This document shows positions 1-9,394 of a DNA stretch of 32,000 nucleotides, piece after piece. How positions within the stretch are numbered: the first letter of the stretch is position 1; each line of letters begins with the position of its first letter. A program made the position numbers and the translations under genes. The DNA comes from Nitrosospira multiformis ATCC 25196 (lineage in GTDB: Bacteria > Pseudomonadota > Gammaproteobacteria > Burkholderiales > Nitrosomonadaceae), in NCBI RefSeq assembly GCF_000196355.1, contig NC_007614.1:2400001-2432000 (forward strand). The letters are read 5' to 3'. A model generated the notes under the pieces. That model was not told the origin of the DNA, did no database searches, and was given only the letters and a program-made list of their open reading frames with translations.

Positions 1-1
1 G

Positions 2-592
2 CGAGTCTTGTCGAGTCCCATGGCGGATCGCGCCAGAAAAGGCATAGAACATCGCCAGGCGCTGCTCGAAGTGGAGCAATCCCGCCGCATTCCCGATATC
101 ACCCTTGCGGGCGGCATGATCAAGCATTGGGAATCAGGGGGAACGACTGCGATCGTAGGCGTCTCCATGCCGCTGCAATTCTTCGACCGGAACCAGGGAA
201 ACCTGCGGGAAGCCTATCAACGCCTGGATAAGGCACAGGATGAGCAAGCCGCGACCGACCTGCGCCTCAAGGCGGAACTGGTACAGGCCTACGAATCGTT
301 GACCGCAGCCGAGAACGAGATATCGATATTGCGCGGGGAGATATTGCCTGCGGCCCGAAGTGCTTTCGATGTGACGAACAAGGGTTATGAGCTCGGCAAA
401 TTCGGCTTTCTTGAAGTGCTCGACGCACAGCGCACCTTGTTTCAGAACCAGGTTTTATATGTGCGTGCGCTCGCCAATTACCACCGCCTTGTCAATGAAA
501 TCGAACGTTTGATTGCAGCCCCCCTCGATGGGAGGGCGAGACAGGACACCGATGAACCGGCCTATACCGATTTTACGGATGATAAGGAGTAG
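2..592 (+). CDS. Outer-membrane efflux protein, TolC/CzcC family, 5' truncated by window edge
   Basis: The frame is open to the window edge. The C-terminal part reads ...ELVQAYESLTAAENEISILRGEILPAARSAFDVTNKGYELGKFGFLEVLDAQRTLF..., typical of the OEP repeat, and it lies directly upstream of a periplasmic adaptor and an RND pump. Confidence 0.85.
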   Translation, partial: RVLSSPMADRARKGIEHRQALLEVEQSRRIPDITLAGGMIKHWESGGTTAIVGVSMPLQFFDRNQGNLREAYQRLDKAQDEQAATDLRLKAELVQAYESLTAAENEISILRGEILPAARSAFDVTNKGYELGKFGFLEVLDAQRTLFQNQVLYVRALANYHRLVNEIERLIAAPLDGRARQDTDEPAYTDFTDDKE

Positions 593-594
593 AA

Positions 595-2124
595 GTGAAT
601 AACAGGAAGAAACTGATTTCAATCCTTTCCGTAATCGCCGCAGGAATTGCACTCGGCGGGTTGATACTCAGATCCGATAAGACTTCGCAATCCGTCTCCG
701 GGGATTCCGCAGCCCATCCCGCTCATGAAGCACCGGCGGTCGAAGGCAAGGCATCATCGAACTATCAGGAGGGGCCCAAAGGCGGAAAGCTTTTTACCGA
801 AGGTGGAACAGACGGCTTTGGCCTGGAGGTCACTATTTTCGAGGCCAACGTGCCGCCACGCTTCAGGCTCTACCTGTATGAAAAGAGCAAGCCCCTGCCG
901 CCCGCTGCCGCCAGGGTCATCATGACGCTGTCACGCCTTGGGGCACCCGCCCAGGTATTCGAATTCAGGCCTGAGGCCGATTATCTGGTAAGCGATCAGA
1001 TAGTAGAGGAGCCGCATTCGTTTGATGCCGTGATTACCGCTCAATGGAAAGGCAAGACAATCCGTTGGGAATACAGCCAGGTCGAGGCCAGGGTGGAAAT
1101 GCCGGACGAAATGCTGAAAGGTGCCGGCATTGAAATACGCACGGCCGGCCCGGCAATCATCAAACCCTTGCTCAAGCTGCCTGGCGAGATCATCTTTAAC
1201 GAGCATACGATCGTCCAGGTGGTACCCCGCCTGCCGGGAATAGTCACGGCCGTGAAGCGTCACCACGGCCAGCAGGTGCAGAAAGGAGAGATTCTTGTGG
1301 TGATAGAGAGCCAGATGCTGGCAGAGCTGCGCAGTCAGTACCGCGTAGCCAAGAAACGGCTGGCGCTGGCGGAGACCACCTACAAGCGCGAACGGCAGCT
1401 CTGGGAAGAAAAAATCTCCGCCAAGCAGGACTATCTCGTCGCCCAGGAGTTGCTGAATGAAGCGGAGATTGCAGTGGATCTGGCTGCGGTCAAGCTGCAA
1501 TCGCTCGGGGTGGAGCCGGAAGCGGCAGCTTCTTCCGGCAATCTGGCTCGCTACGAAGTCCAGGCCCCGATATCCGGCCTGATCATCGACAAGACTGTCG
1601 CCCTCGGTCAAACGCTGAAGGAAGATGAACATATTTTTGTTATTGCCGATGTCTCGACAGTATGGGCCGGCATCACGGTTTATCCAAAAGATCTGGATGT
1701 AGTCAAGGTTGGACAAAAAGCAATCGTCAAGGCAACAGCGTCGGATATAGAGGGGGAAGGCGTTGTTATCTACATCACCACTCTGATCGGCGGCCAGACC
1801 CGTACCGCCACGGCGCGGCTCGCCCTGCAAAACAAGGAGGGAAAATGGCGTCCCGGGATGTTTGTAACTGCCGAAATGGTGGCCGAAGAAATTCACGTAC
1901 CTGTTGCCGTATCTGCCGACGCGCTCCAGACACTCCATGGCTCGACTGTAGTATTCGGGCGTTATGGTGAATATTTCGAAGCGCGGCCGCTGGAGCTGGG
2001 GCGTAGCGATGGCAAGATGATCGAGGTTCTCGACGGCTTGCAGGCAGGAGAACAATACGCGGCAGGCAACAGCTTTGCGATCAAAGCCGAACTGGGTAAA
2101 TCGGGCGCCACTCATGAACACTAG
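595..2124 (+). CDS. czcB: Heavy-metal efflux RND periplasmic adaptor subunit (CzcB-like membrane fusion protein)
   Basis: GTG start 2 nt after the upstream stop. N-terminal signal/TM segment, then GIVTAVKRHHGQQVQKGEILVVIES, a coiled-coil hairpin, YEVQAPISGLIIDKTVALGQTLKEDEHIFVIADVS, and a His-containing C-terminus (ATHEH). Confidence 0.88.
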   Translation: MNNRKKLISILSVIAAGIALGGLILRSDKTSQSVSGDSAAHPAHEAPAVEGKASSNYQEGPKGGKLFTEGGTDGFGLEVTIFEANVPPRFRLYLYEKSKPLPPAAARVIMTLSRLGAPAQVFEFRPEADYLVSDQIVEEPHSFDAVITAQWKGKTIRWEYSQVEARVEMPDEMLKGAGIEIRTAGPAIIKPLLKLPGEIIFNEHTIVQVVPRLPGIVTAVKRHHGQQVQKGEILVVIESQMLAELRSQYRVAKKRLALAETTYKRERQLWEEKISAKQDYLVAQELLNEAEIAVDLAAVKLQSLGVEPEAAASSGNLARYEVQAPISGLIIDKTVALGQTLKEDEHIFVIADVSTVWAGITVYPKDLDVVKVGQKAIVKATASDIEGEGVVIYITTLIGGQTRTATARLALQNKEGKWRPGMFVTAEMVAEEIHVPVAVSADALQTLHGSTVVFGRYGEYFEARPLELGRSDGKMIEVLDGLQAGEQYAAGNSFAIKAELGKSGATHEH

Positions 2125-2183
2125 ATCCGGGTCAGGCAATGGCTCTAACCATCGCGATCAAATAGATCAGCTCCACCGACATC

Positions 2184-5100
2184 ATGATTGAGCGCATCCT
2201 CGAACTCTCCATTCAGCGGCGCGTGCTGGTTCTGATGGCGGTGCTGACAATGGGCGGCGTGGGAATCCATAGCTACCTGAAGCTCCCCATCGACGCCGTG
2301 CCCGACATTACTAACGTTCAGGTACAGATCAATACGCGGGCAACCGGGTATACCCCGATCGAGGTAGAACAACGCGTAACTTTCCCGATCGAGATGATCA
2401 TGGCGGGGCTCCCCAATCTCGCGTACACCCGCTCGCTTTCCCGCTACGGCCTCTCGCAGGTTACGGTTATTTTTGAGGACGGCACGGATATCTACCTCGC
2501 CCGTCAGTTGATCGACCAGAGGCTGCAGGAAGCCAAAGAGCGTTTACCGGTCGATGTGGAAACGACTATGGGGCCGATCTCCACCGGTCTGGGCGAGATT
2601 TTCATGTGGTCTGTCAACGCAAAAGAGGGGGCGCGAAAGCCTGATGGGTCGCCTTACAGCATCACCGACCTGCGGGAAATCCAGGATTGGGTCATCCGGC
2701 CGCAGTTGCGCATGGTACCTGGCGTCACGGAAATAAATGCTCTCGGAGGTTTCGTCAAGCAATTCCATGTCGCGCCCTACCCCGAAAAGCTGATCTCTTT
2801 CGGATTGACACTGGATGACGTCATCATCGCATTGCGCCTCAACAACCTTAATGTCGGCGCTGGATACATCGAGAAAAGCGGCGAGCAGTACCTGGTGCGA
2901 GTGCCGGGACAGGTGGCAAACCTGGAAGAGATTGGGAACATCACCCTGGGATCCCGGCTGGGGATACCCATACGTATCAAGGATGTGGCCGATGTGCTGA
3001 TAGGACGGGAATTGCGCACCGGTGCCGCGACCCAGAATGGGCAGGAGACCGTGATCGGCACCGCCCACATGCTGATCGGGGAAAACAGTCGTGTCGTTTC
3101 GCAGGCGGTCGCAAAAAAACTTGCCGAAATCAACCGGAATCTGCCGAGAGGTGTCGAAGCAATCGCTGTCTATGATCGGACGACGCTCGTGGACAAGACG
3201 ATCAGGACTGTTGCCACCAACCTGCTCGAAGGCGCGATACTGGTCATCGTCGTGCTGCTCCTTTTCCTTGGCAATCTGCGGGCGGCCGTCATCACTTCGC
3301 TCGTGATTCCCCTCTCGATGCTGTTCACCTTTACCGGAATGGTAACCAATGAGGTCAGCGCCAATCTGATGAGCCTGGGGGCACTCGATTTCGGCCTCAT
3401 TGTGGACGGCGCGATCGTCATCGTGGAAAACAGCATGCGGCGGCTGGCTCATGAGCAGGCTCGACTGGGGCGGCAACTCTCGTTGAACGAGCGTCTCGCA
3501 GCGGTATTCGACGCGACCAGGGAAGCGCGGCGTGTGCTCATTTATGGCGAGCTCATCATCATGGTGGTTTATCTTCCCGTCTTCACGCTTTCAGGGGTGG
3601 AAGGAAAGATGTTCCACCCAATGGCCTACACGGTATTAACCGCCCTGCTAGGGGCAATGATTCTTTCCATAACGTTTATCCCGGCGGCGATTGCACTCTT
3701 CCTGACGGGAAAAGTGACAGAAAAGGAAAGTGCGGTGGTTGCGTGGGCAAAGAAAGCCTACCTGCCGGCTCTCGACGCCGCAATGGGGAACCAGGGCCTC
3801 ACCGTCGCCATCGTGGTTGTAATTGTTGTGTTGAGTGGCCTGCTAGTCACAAAAATGGGGACGGAGTTCGTGCCCAGTCTCAATGAGGGAGATATCGCGC
3901 TGCACGCGATCCGCATTCCCGGCACCAGCCTGACCACAGCCATCGAGATGCAGCATGAGGTGGAGGGGACGATCAAGACATTTCCCGAGGTGGAGCGTGT
4001 TTTCACCAAGATCGGGACTGCCGAGATTGCAACCGACCCCATGCCGCCGAACGTGGCGGACATCTTCGTCATGCTAAAACCCCAGTCGCAATGGCGGAAA
4101 CAATATTCCACGAAAGCGGATCTTATTGCCGCGCTGGAACAGGCGGTAGGCCAGGTACCGGGCAACAATTATGAATTTACTCAGCCCATCCAGATGCGGT
4201 TCAACGAGTTGCTGTCCGGTGTGCGAGCGGACGTGGCGGTAAAGGTATTCGGTGACGACATGGACACGCTGTTCAGGGTAGCAGACCAGGTCGAGCATCT
4301 GCTCAAGACTGTTCCAGGCGCGGCGGATGTAAAAACCGAACAACTTACCGGGCTGCCGGTGCTGACCGTTCAGCCTGACCGTGTAAAGCTTGCGCGTTAC
4401 GGATTGAATATTGCGGATATACAGGATGCAGTAGCGGTTGCCATTGGTGGAAAAAATGCCGGAACCATTTTCGAGGGCGACCGCCGCTTCGAGTTGCAGG
4501 TGCGGCTCCCGGAACAGTTGCGGGCCGATCCGGATGCACTCCGGCGATTGCCCATCGGTATTCTCATACAAGGACCGTCAACGCGAAATCCGCAAAGCCA
4601 GTCACCCCTCGGCATGACCTACGTTACCCTCGGCGAAGTCGCCGTCATCGAAGTCCTCCAGGGACCCAATCAGGTGAGCCGGGAAAACGGCAAGCGCCGG
4701 GCTGTCGTTACAGCAAATGTACGAGGCAGGGATATTGGTTCCTTTGTCGAAGAAGCGGAAGCACTGGTGGTAAAGCAAGTGTCAGTTCCTTCGGGATATT
4801 GGCTCACGTGGGGGGGACAGTTCGAGCAACTGGTTTCTGCGGCGAAGCGGTTGCAAATAGCAATTCCCCTGGCGCTTGGACTGATCCTGATGCTGCTTTA
4901 TACCATGTTCGGCAATTTTCGGGACGGGCTGTTGATGTTCACCGGCGTTCCCTTTGCCCTCAGTGGCGGTATAGTGGCCTTGTGGTTGCGGGACATTCCC
5001 TTGTCCATTTCCGCTGCGGTCGGGTTCATTGCTCTGTCTGGTGTCGCCGTGCTGAACGGTCTCGTGATGCTGTCGTTCATACGGGACTTGCGTGCGCAAG

Positions 5101-5360
5101 GCCGGTCGCTGGAAAATGCCATCAAGGAAGGAGCGCTCGCGAGATTGCGGCCGGTATTGATGACAGCCCTGGTGGCTGCCCTCGGGTTCGTTCCCATGGC
5201 CCTGGCTACAAGTATCGGGGCGGAAGTGCAGCGGCCGCTGGCAACGGTAGTCATTGGAGGAATTCTCTCATCCACCGCGCTGACACTGCTGGTACTACCG
5301 GTGCTGTACCATCTCGTCCATGGAAGAGATGCGCTCTCCCATCGGGACAAGTTGAAATGA
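2184..5360 (+). CDS. czcA: CzcA-family heavy-metal efflux RND transporter (HME-RND)
   Basis: 1058 aa. N-terminus MIERILELSIQRRVLVLMAVLTMGGVGIHSYLKLPIDAVPDITNVQVQI. TM4 motif DFGLIVDGAIVIVEN fits the HME-RND type for divalent cations (Zn/Co/Cd/Ni). Full-length with two RND repeats. Confidence 0.95.
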   Translation: MIERILELSIQRRVLVLMAVLTMGGVGIHSYLKLPIDAVPDITNVQVQINTRATGYTPIEVEQRVTFPIEMIMAGLPNLAYTRSLSRYGLSQVTVIFEDGTDIYLARQLIDQRLQEAKERLPVDVETTMGPISTGLGEIFMWSVNAKEGARKPDGSPYSITDLREIQDWVIRPQLRMVPGVTEINALGGFVKQFHVAPYPEKLISFGLTLDDVIIALRLNNLNVGAGYIEKSGEQYLVRVPGQVANLEEIGNITLGSRLGIPIRIKDVADVLIGRELRTGAATQNGQETVIGTAHMLIGENSRVVSQAVAKKLAEINRNLPRGVEAIAVYDRTTLVDKTIRTVATNLLEGAILVIVVLLLFLGNLRAAVITSLVIPLSMLFTFTGMVTNEVSANLMSLGALDFGLIVDGAIVIVENSMRRLAHEQARLGRQLSLNERLAAVFDATREARRVLIYGELIIMVVYLPVFTLSGVEGKMFHPMAYTVLTALLGAMILSITFIPAAIALFLTGKVTEKESAVVAWAKKAYLPALDAAMGNQGLTVAIVVVIVVLSGLLVTKMGTEFVPSLNEGDIALHAIRIPGTSLTTAIEMQHEVEGTIKTFPEVERVFTKIGTAEIATDPMPPNVADIFVMLKPQSQWRKQYSTKADLIAALEQAVGQVPGNNYEFTQPIQMRFNELLSGVRADVAVKVFGDDMDTLFRVADQVEHLLKTVPGAADVKTEQLTGLPVLTVQPDRVKLARYGLNIADIQDAVAVAIGGKNAGTIFEGDRRFELQVRLPEQLRADPDALRRLPIGILIQGPSTRNPQSQSPLGMTYVTLGEVAVIEVLQGPNQVSRENGKRRAVVTANVRGRDIGSFVEEAEALVVKQVSVPSGYWLTWGGQFEQLVSAAKRLQIAIPLALGLILMLLYTMFGNFRDGLLMFTGVPFALSGGIVALWLRDIPLSISAAVGFIALSGVAVLNGLVMLSFIRDLRAQGRSLENAIKEGALARLRPVLMTALVAALGFVPMALATSIGAEVQRPLATVVIGGILSSTALTLLVLPVLYHLVHGRDALSHRDKLK

Positions 5361-5466
5361 CGTCCATTTCCCTATTTTTGGTCCGACTGCTGCGACTCCA
5401 TTCCTGACAATGATCTACCACGCGTTTCGGGATTTCAAACCGATTCAATCATGGGAGTGAGCGTCG

Positions 5467-5645
5467 ACCCGGATATTTCGCCAAACCGATCTGAGAATTG
5501 CAGAAAGCCGCATGAACATGAGCATTTGATCAACCAAGGCGGAGTCCAGTTCACCGTCGGCTTTCATGGGGGCCAGGGGTATCTTGCAGCAAACCTACTC
5601 CCAAAATACTTCGCATTATCCGGTGATCTGGTGAAATATCCGGGT
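5467..5645. repeat. Imperfect inverted-repeat pair (16-bp arms, 1 mismatch) bounding about 180 bp
   Basis: ACCCGGATATTTCGCC at 5467-5482 and GGTGAAATATCCGGGT at 5630-5645. The reverse complement of the second arm is ACCCGGATATTTCACC. Similarity extends inward, CAAACCG versus CAGATCACCGG. Confidence 0.6.
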
Positions 5646-6132
5646 TAACGGCGAGGATCACTGGCTCTACACTCGCTCCTTTCTTCCCCTTCAATTCCCT
5701 TACCTATTTTGGCATGGGTCAAATTGTATCCGCTGCCCGTAGCATCCACCTACCTGTCACCTGCCGGGGTTGTCGGGCTGCCGCTATTTTTTTGGGTGAC
5801 AGCCTCCTTCCCGCTTCCATTTCCGGATAAAAATTTCCCTACTCCCTGTTCCCGCCCAACCTGCCCGTAAAGGATTTGGTTGAGCTTGCTTGCGGCATGG
5901 GGTGCGCTAAACATAAAACAAACAGGCGAGAGTTGGGTGCCTCTTCCCTGGCTCAAGCTGCTCCGCTGCATGGAAGGTTATAACTTTGGATTCAGGAGAA
6001 AGTGTTGCGCCCTACCGAACCCGTCAAGCTCACCAGATTGATGGAGCGTACCCCGGCAATCCCGATATCAGGATCGGGCTCATCGACGGACCTGTCGCCA
6101 TCCGTTAATTTCTTAAAGAAGGAGGTGTGAAA

Positions 6133-6189
6133 ATGAGTATGCCAGGATTTACTGCGGCGGATTCGCTCCCCCGAACTACCGTGCAATAA
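6133..6189 (+). CDS. Possible 18-aa micropeptide MSMPGFTAADSLPRTTVQ
   Basis: Strong Shine-Dalgarno AAAGAAGGAGGTG about 5 nt upstream of ATG. The N-terminal MSMPGFTA- resembles, from memory, short conserved 'PGFTAEASL'-type peptides. No similarity search was run. Confidence 0.35.
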   Translation: MSMPGFTAADSLPRTTVQ

Positions 6190-6595
6190 CTTCGATTACA
6201 AACCCCGATGGGGAATGCAAACCGACAGGCAATATCCCTACGGCAGCGGGCAACTTCTGTCTCTCGACTTTTTTCGTTGCAGTCATGCGTACGTGGTCAG
6301 TCATTCGGCTGTCCGCCGCCCGGCGTGGGCGCACCCTGTTATCTCCGGCGACGCACGAGTCGATATCACCCTTGTCAGGGGGATGAGAAAACTGAAAATC
6401 AGGTGGGGTCAAGCGGGGTTTGGGCGAGGTTTTGCTGGTCTTTCAATTTTGAATTGGACGGAGTTGATTGCGGAGGACCTGCAGAAGCCCCCTGCCTCCA
6501 GCTATGTCCCACAGTCTGCTGCCTGCCCTGCCTTGCTGCCTGCCGGCCACCCGATTGCTTGGGCTGAGAGAATTTCTTCCCCACCATGCCATAAC

Positions 6596-6614
6596 GGATG
6601 AAATGTTTTCATCC
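6596..6614. promoter_or_regulatory. Perfect 8-bp inverted repeat upstream of the DUF2863-like gene (possible operator or stem-loop)
   Basis: GGATGAAA-TGT-TTTCATCC. Confidence 0.3.
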
Positions 6615-6688
6615 TAAGTGCTTCAAAATATCAGGGAATTCAGGATTTAGGTTAAAATAATCCTTTAACCATCCAGGACGCCAATTTG

Positions 6689-7903
6689 ATGAAAAAACTT
6701 CGCGTCCCTCATCGCACCAAGTCTGCGCGCGTGGTTCAGGAGCTGGTCCGCCTGGCTGCGGGACTTGCCGCCTCTGGCAGCCGCGTAGAAGACGCCTTCT
6801 GGGAGAATTGCCTTACCGCAAAAATACATGCCCAATTGCGAACGGGAGACGATCAGAATCTCGAATCTGCACTGGATCAGCTTTATGACACTGATCCTGG
6901 AGGCTACAGTGAATTCATGTATGCCATCGAAGCCGCAATAGAATGCAGTATATTCACGCGAGGGAATCACACTTACGACGTTTTGATGCTTGCTGTACCG
7001 ATGCTCACCTGGTCGCGTTTTTCGATTCCCTCGGGACTAATAGCAGAATCCGTGCTTTCTGAACTTCGGGGGCAGTTGCAGGTGCAGGTGTTGGCGGACG
7101 ATGCCCAGCTTGCGCTTGCAGATTGTCTTTTCAGCCCCGATCAATTGCCAAGAGGCTATCATCTTACACATGAACTGGCTCGCAAACTCTGGTCGACGGC
7201 GGTGACCGGACAACGCGACTTGCATATGAACCCACGGCAGCTCCCTGAAACGGGACGATTTCTTTCTGATACCCGTTATCTCCTCGGCGGGATCGCGGTA
7301 CCTCAGGGAAAACCCATGTTCCGCTGGCAGCAAGGCACTGCGGGCGAACACAAGGGCAGCAACGTTTCCGCTCTCCAGTTCTCCAAAGAGCAGATACTGC
7401 ATGCATGGCAAACTCACGGTACTGCGGTGCTGCTGCCGCTATTCCAGGGCTGTGCGTTTGAGCTGCTGATGCCGGATGGCTTTTTTTCAGCATGGCGCGC
7501 CGCGGATCGTCTGGCGCGCCCCTATTCGGTGCGCGCCACGGTTGATTTTCTGGAAACCACTTTGGGTATTTCCCCCGACAGATTGCGTGCAGTGATCGCG
7601 CCTTTCTATGATCAGTGGCTGGAGGAATACCGCATTGGATTCACCCTCAAGGATCGGGACAGCGTGCTCTACGGCATCATCTGGGGACTGGTAGGGGATG
7701 AGGATGAAAATACGGATAGTGTCGCTCAGATCGAGGCAGCGCTGCGGGAATGCGGAGTGACACAAACCATACTACTGCAGGAGCATTTTCTTTTGGAGTA
7801 CTGCGAAGAATGCGGGGGACCCCTGTTTCCCAACGTGAATGGTGAAATCGTGCATGCAGAATTCCCGGAAGAAGGTGAAGTGGCCCCCATACACCTGCAT
7901 TGA
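6689..7903 (+). CDS. Conserved hypothetical protein, probably DUF2863 family
   Basis: ORF of about 404 aa, MKKLRVPHRTKSARVVQELVRLAAGLAASGSRVEDAFWE..., with C-terminal EYCEECGGPLFPNVNGEIVHAEFPEE. The family is recognised from memory of betaproteobacterial proteins. Confidence 0.7.
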   Translation: MKKLRVPHRTKSARVVQELVRLAAGLAASGSRVEDAFWENCLTAKIHAQLRTGDDQNLESALDQLYDTDPGGYSEFMYAIEAAIECSIFTRGNHTYDVLMLAVPMLTWSRFSIPSGLIAESVLSELRGQLQVQVLADDAQLALADCLFSPDQLPRGYHLTHELARKLWSTAVTGQRDLHMNPRQLPETGRFLSDTRYLLGGIAVPQGKPMFRWQQGTAGEHKGSNVSALQFSKEQILHAWQTHGTAVLLPLFQGCAFELLMPDGFFSAWRAADRLARPYSVRATVDFLETTLGISPDRLRAVIAPFYDQWLEEYRIGFTLKDRDSVLYGIIWGLVGDEDENTDSVAQIEAALRECGVTQTILLQEHFLLEYCEECGGPLFPNVNGEIVHAEFPEEGEVAPIHLH

Positions 7904-7954
7904 GAGTGTTCATCATCTTATTCAGGAGCATCAATTTTTTCCGGAAGAGGAATT

Positions 7955-8365
7955 ATGAACGACAAGCTTGTTAAATCCGACCAGGAATGGAAAAACCAGC
8001 TGACCCCGCAGCAGTATCATGTATGCCGCGAAAAAGGGACGGAGCGGGCATTCACAGGGGAATACTGGAACTGCCACGATCAGGGGGTGTATCGTTGCGC
8101 TTGCTGCGGCGCCGCCTTGTTTGACTCGGATACCAAATTCGATTCCGGTACGGGATGGCCTTCTTTCTGGCAGCCTACACGATCGGAAAATGTCGTCAAT
8201 CAGGAAGATAACAGTCATTTCATGCGCCGGGTAGAAGTGTTGTGCGCCCGCTGCGACGCGCACCTCGGTCACGTATTCGAGGACGGTCCTGCTCCGACGG
8301 GGCTGCGCTACTGCATCAATTCTGCTTCCCTCAAGCTCGATCGAGATTCTTCGAAGACTGAATAA
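7955..8365 (+). CDS. msrB: Peptide-methionine (R)-S-oxide reductase MsrB
   Basis: [57 protein letters not shown]: two zinc CxxC motifs and the catalytic Cys (RYCINS). Confidence 0.95.
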   Translation: MNDKLVKSDQEWKNQLTPQQYHVCREKGTERAFTGEYWNCHDQGVYRCACCGAALFDSDTKFDSGTGWPSFWQPTRSENVVNQEDNSHFMRRVEVLCARCDAHLGHVFEDGPAPTGLRYCINSASLKLDRDSSKTE

Positions 8366-8530
8366 ACGGGCAGCAAGGGAAGTTGAATGGGACGCAATGC
8401 GCTTTGCCAATTGTGCCTTGCACTCCTAAATAGCTGGGCCCGCTCAAGCTCCTGGAAATTCATCAAATTTTTTCGGGGCAGACGCGATGATTAGTCCCTC
8501 AACTCCAGCAACTGGCAATATACTGCACAG

Positions 8531-9076
8531 ATGAAATTTCTTTTTGATCTCTTTCCAGTAATCCTGTTTTTCATAACTTTCAAGATTTATGGCATCTATG
8601 CCGCCACTGCTGTAGCGATTGGCGCCACTTTTGCGCAGATCGGCTGGGTATGGTTCCGCCATGGCAAAGTCGACACCATGCTGTGGGTCAGCCTGGTTCT
8701 CATAGTCGTCTTCGGCAGCGCAACACTCATTCTGCAGGATGAAACATTCATCAAATGGAAGCCCTCGGTCCTCTACTGGCTGTTCGCAGCCGCGCTGCTG
8801 ATAGCCCAGGCGATTTTCAAGAAAAATTTTATCCGGACGATGATGAAAGAACAGCTCACCCTGCCGGAACCGGTTTGGGCCCGGGTGAACGCGAGCTGGG
8901 CAGCTTTTTTTGCGTTTATGGGCGCCGCCAACCTCTATGTAGCCTTCAATTACTCTACTGAAACCTGGGTTAACTTCAAGCTGTTCGGCTTTATGGGCTT
9001 GATGCTGGTTTTTGTCGTATTACAGGGATTGATGCTGAGCAAATACATGGCAACCGACGAGGATAAAGAAGCATGA
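8531..9076 (+). CDS. yciB: Septation protein A / YciB family inner-membrane protein
   Basis: [83 protein letters not shown]. Confidence 0.93.
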   Translation: MKFLFDLFPVILFFITFKIYGIYAATAVAIGATFAQIGWVWFRHGKVDTMLWVSLVLIVVFGSATLILQDETFIKWKPSVLYWLFAAALLIAQAIFKKNFIRTMMKEQLTLPEPVWARVNASWAAFFAFMGAANLYVAFNYSTETWVNFKLFGFMGLMLVFVVLQGLMLSKYMATDEDKEA

Positions 9077-9378
9077 TGCTATATGCTATAAGTGGCGAGG
9101 ATGTGCCTGACAGTCTTGACAAAAGAATGGCGGTACGTCCTGCACACCTGGAACGCATCAAAGCGTTGCAGGAAGACGGCCGCCTTGTTTTAGCCGGTCC
9201 CTATCCCGCGATTGACAGTCCAGATCCCGGACCGGCGGGATTTTCCGGAAGTCTGATCGTAGCCGAGTTCGAGTCGCTTGAAGCAGCCCAGGCCTGGGCG
9301 GAAGCGGATCCCTACGCCACTTCGGGTGTCTATGCGAAAGTGACGGTGAAGCCGTTCAAAAAGGTTTTACCGGCATAA
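9073..9378 (+). CDS. yciI: YciI family protein
   Basis: [49 protein letters not shown]...; ATGA overlap with the upstream gene. Confidence 0.9.
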   Translation: MMLYAISGEDVPDSLDKRMAVRPAHLERIKALQEDGRLVLAGPYPAIDSPDPGPAGFSGSLIVAEFESLEAAQAWAEADPYATSGVYAKVTVKPFKKVLPA

Positions 9379-9394
9379 CCTGACCGGAGGCCGG

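Noticed and set aside
931-2139. 402-aa ORF on the minus strand antisense to czcB
   Set aside because: It mirrors a clearly conserved coding gene in a GC-rich genome. No domain-like sequence is visible, and it is most likely a codon-bias artefact.
2544-3476. 310-aa minus-strand ORF antisense to czcA
   Set aside because: It lies entirely inside the well-supported RND transporter ORF, and its His/Asp-rich composition is that expected of complement-frame translation.
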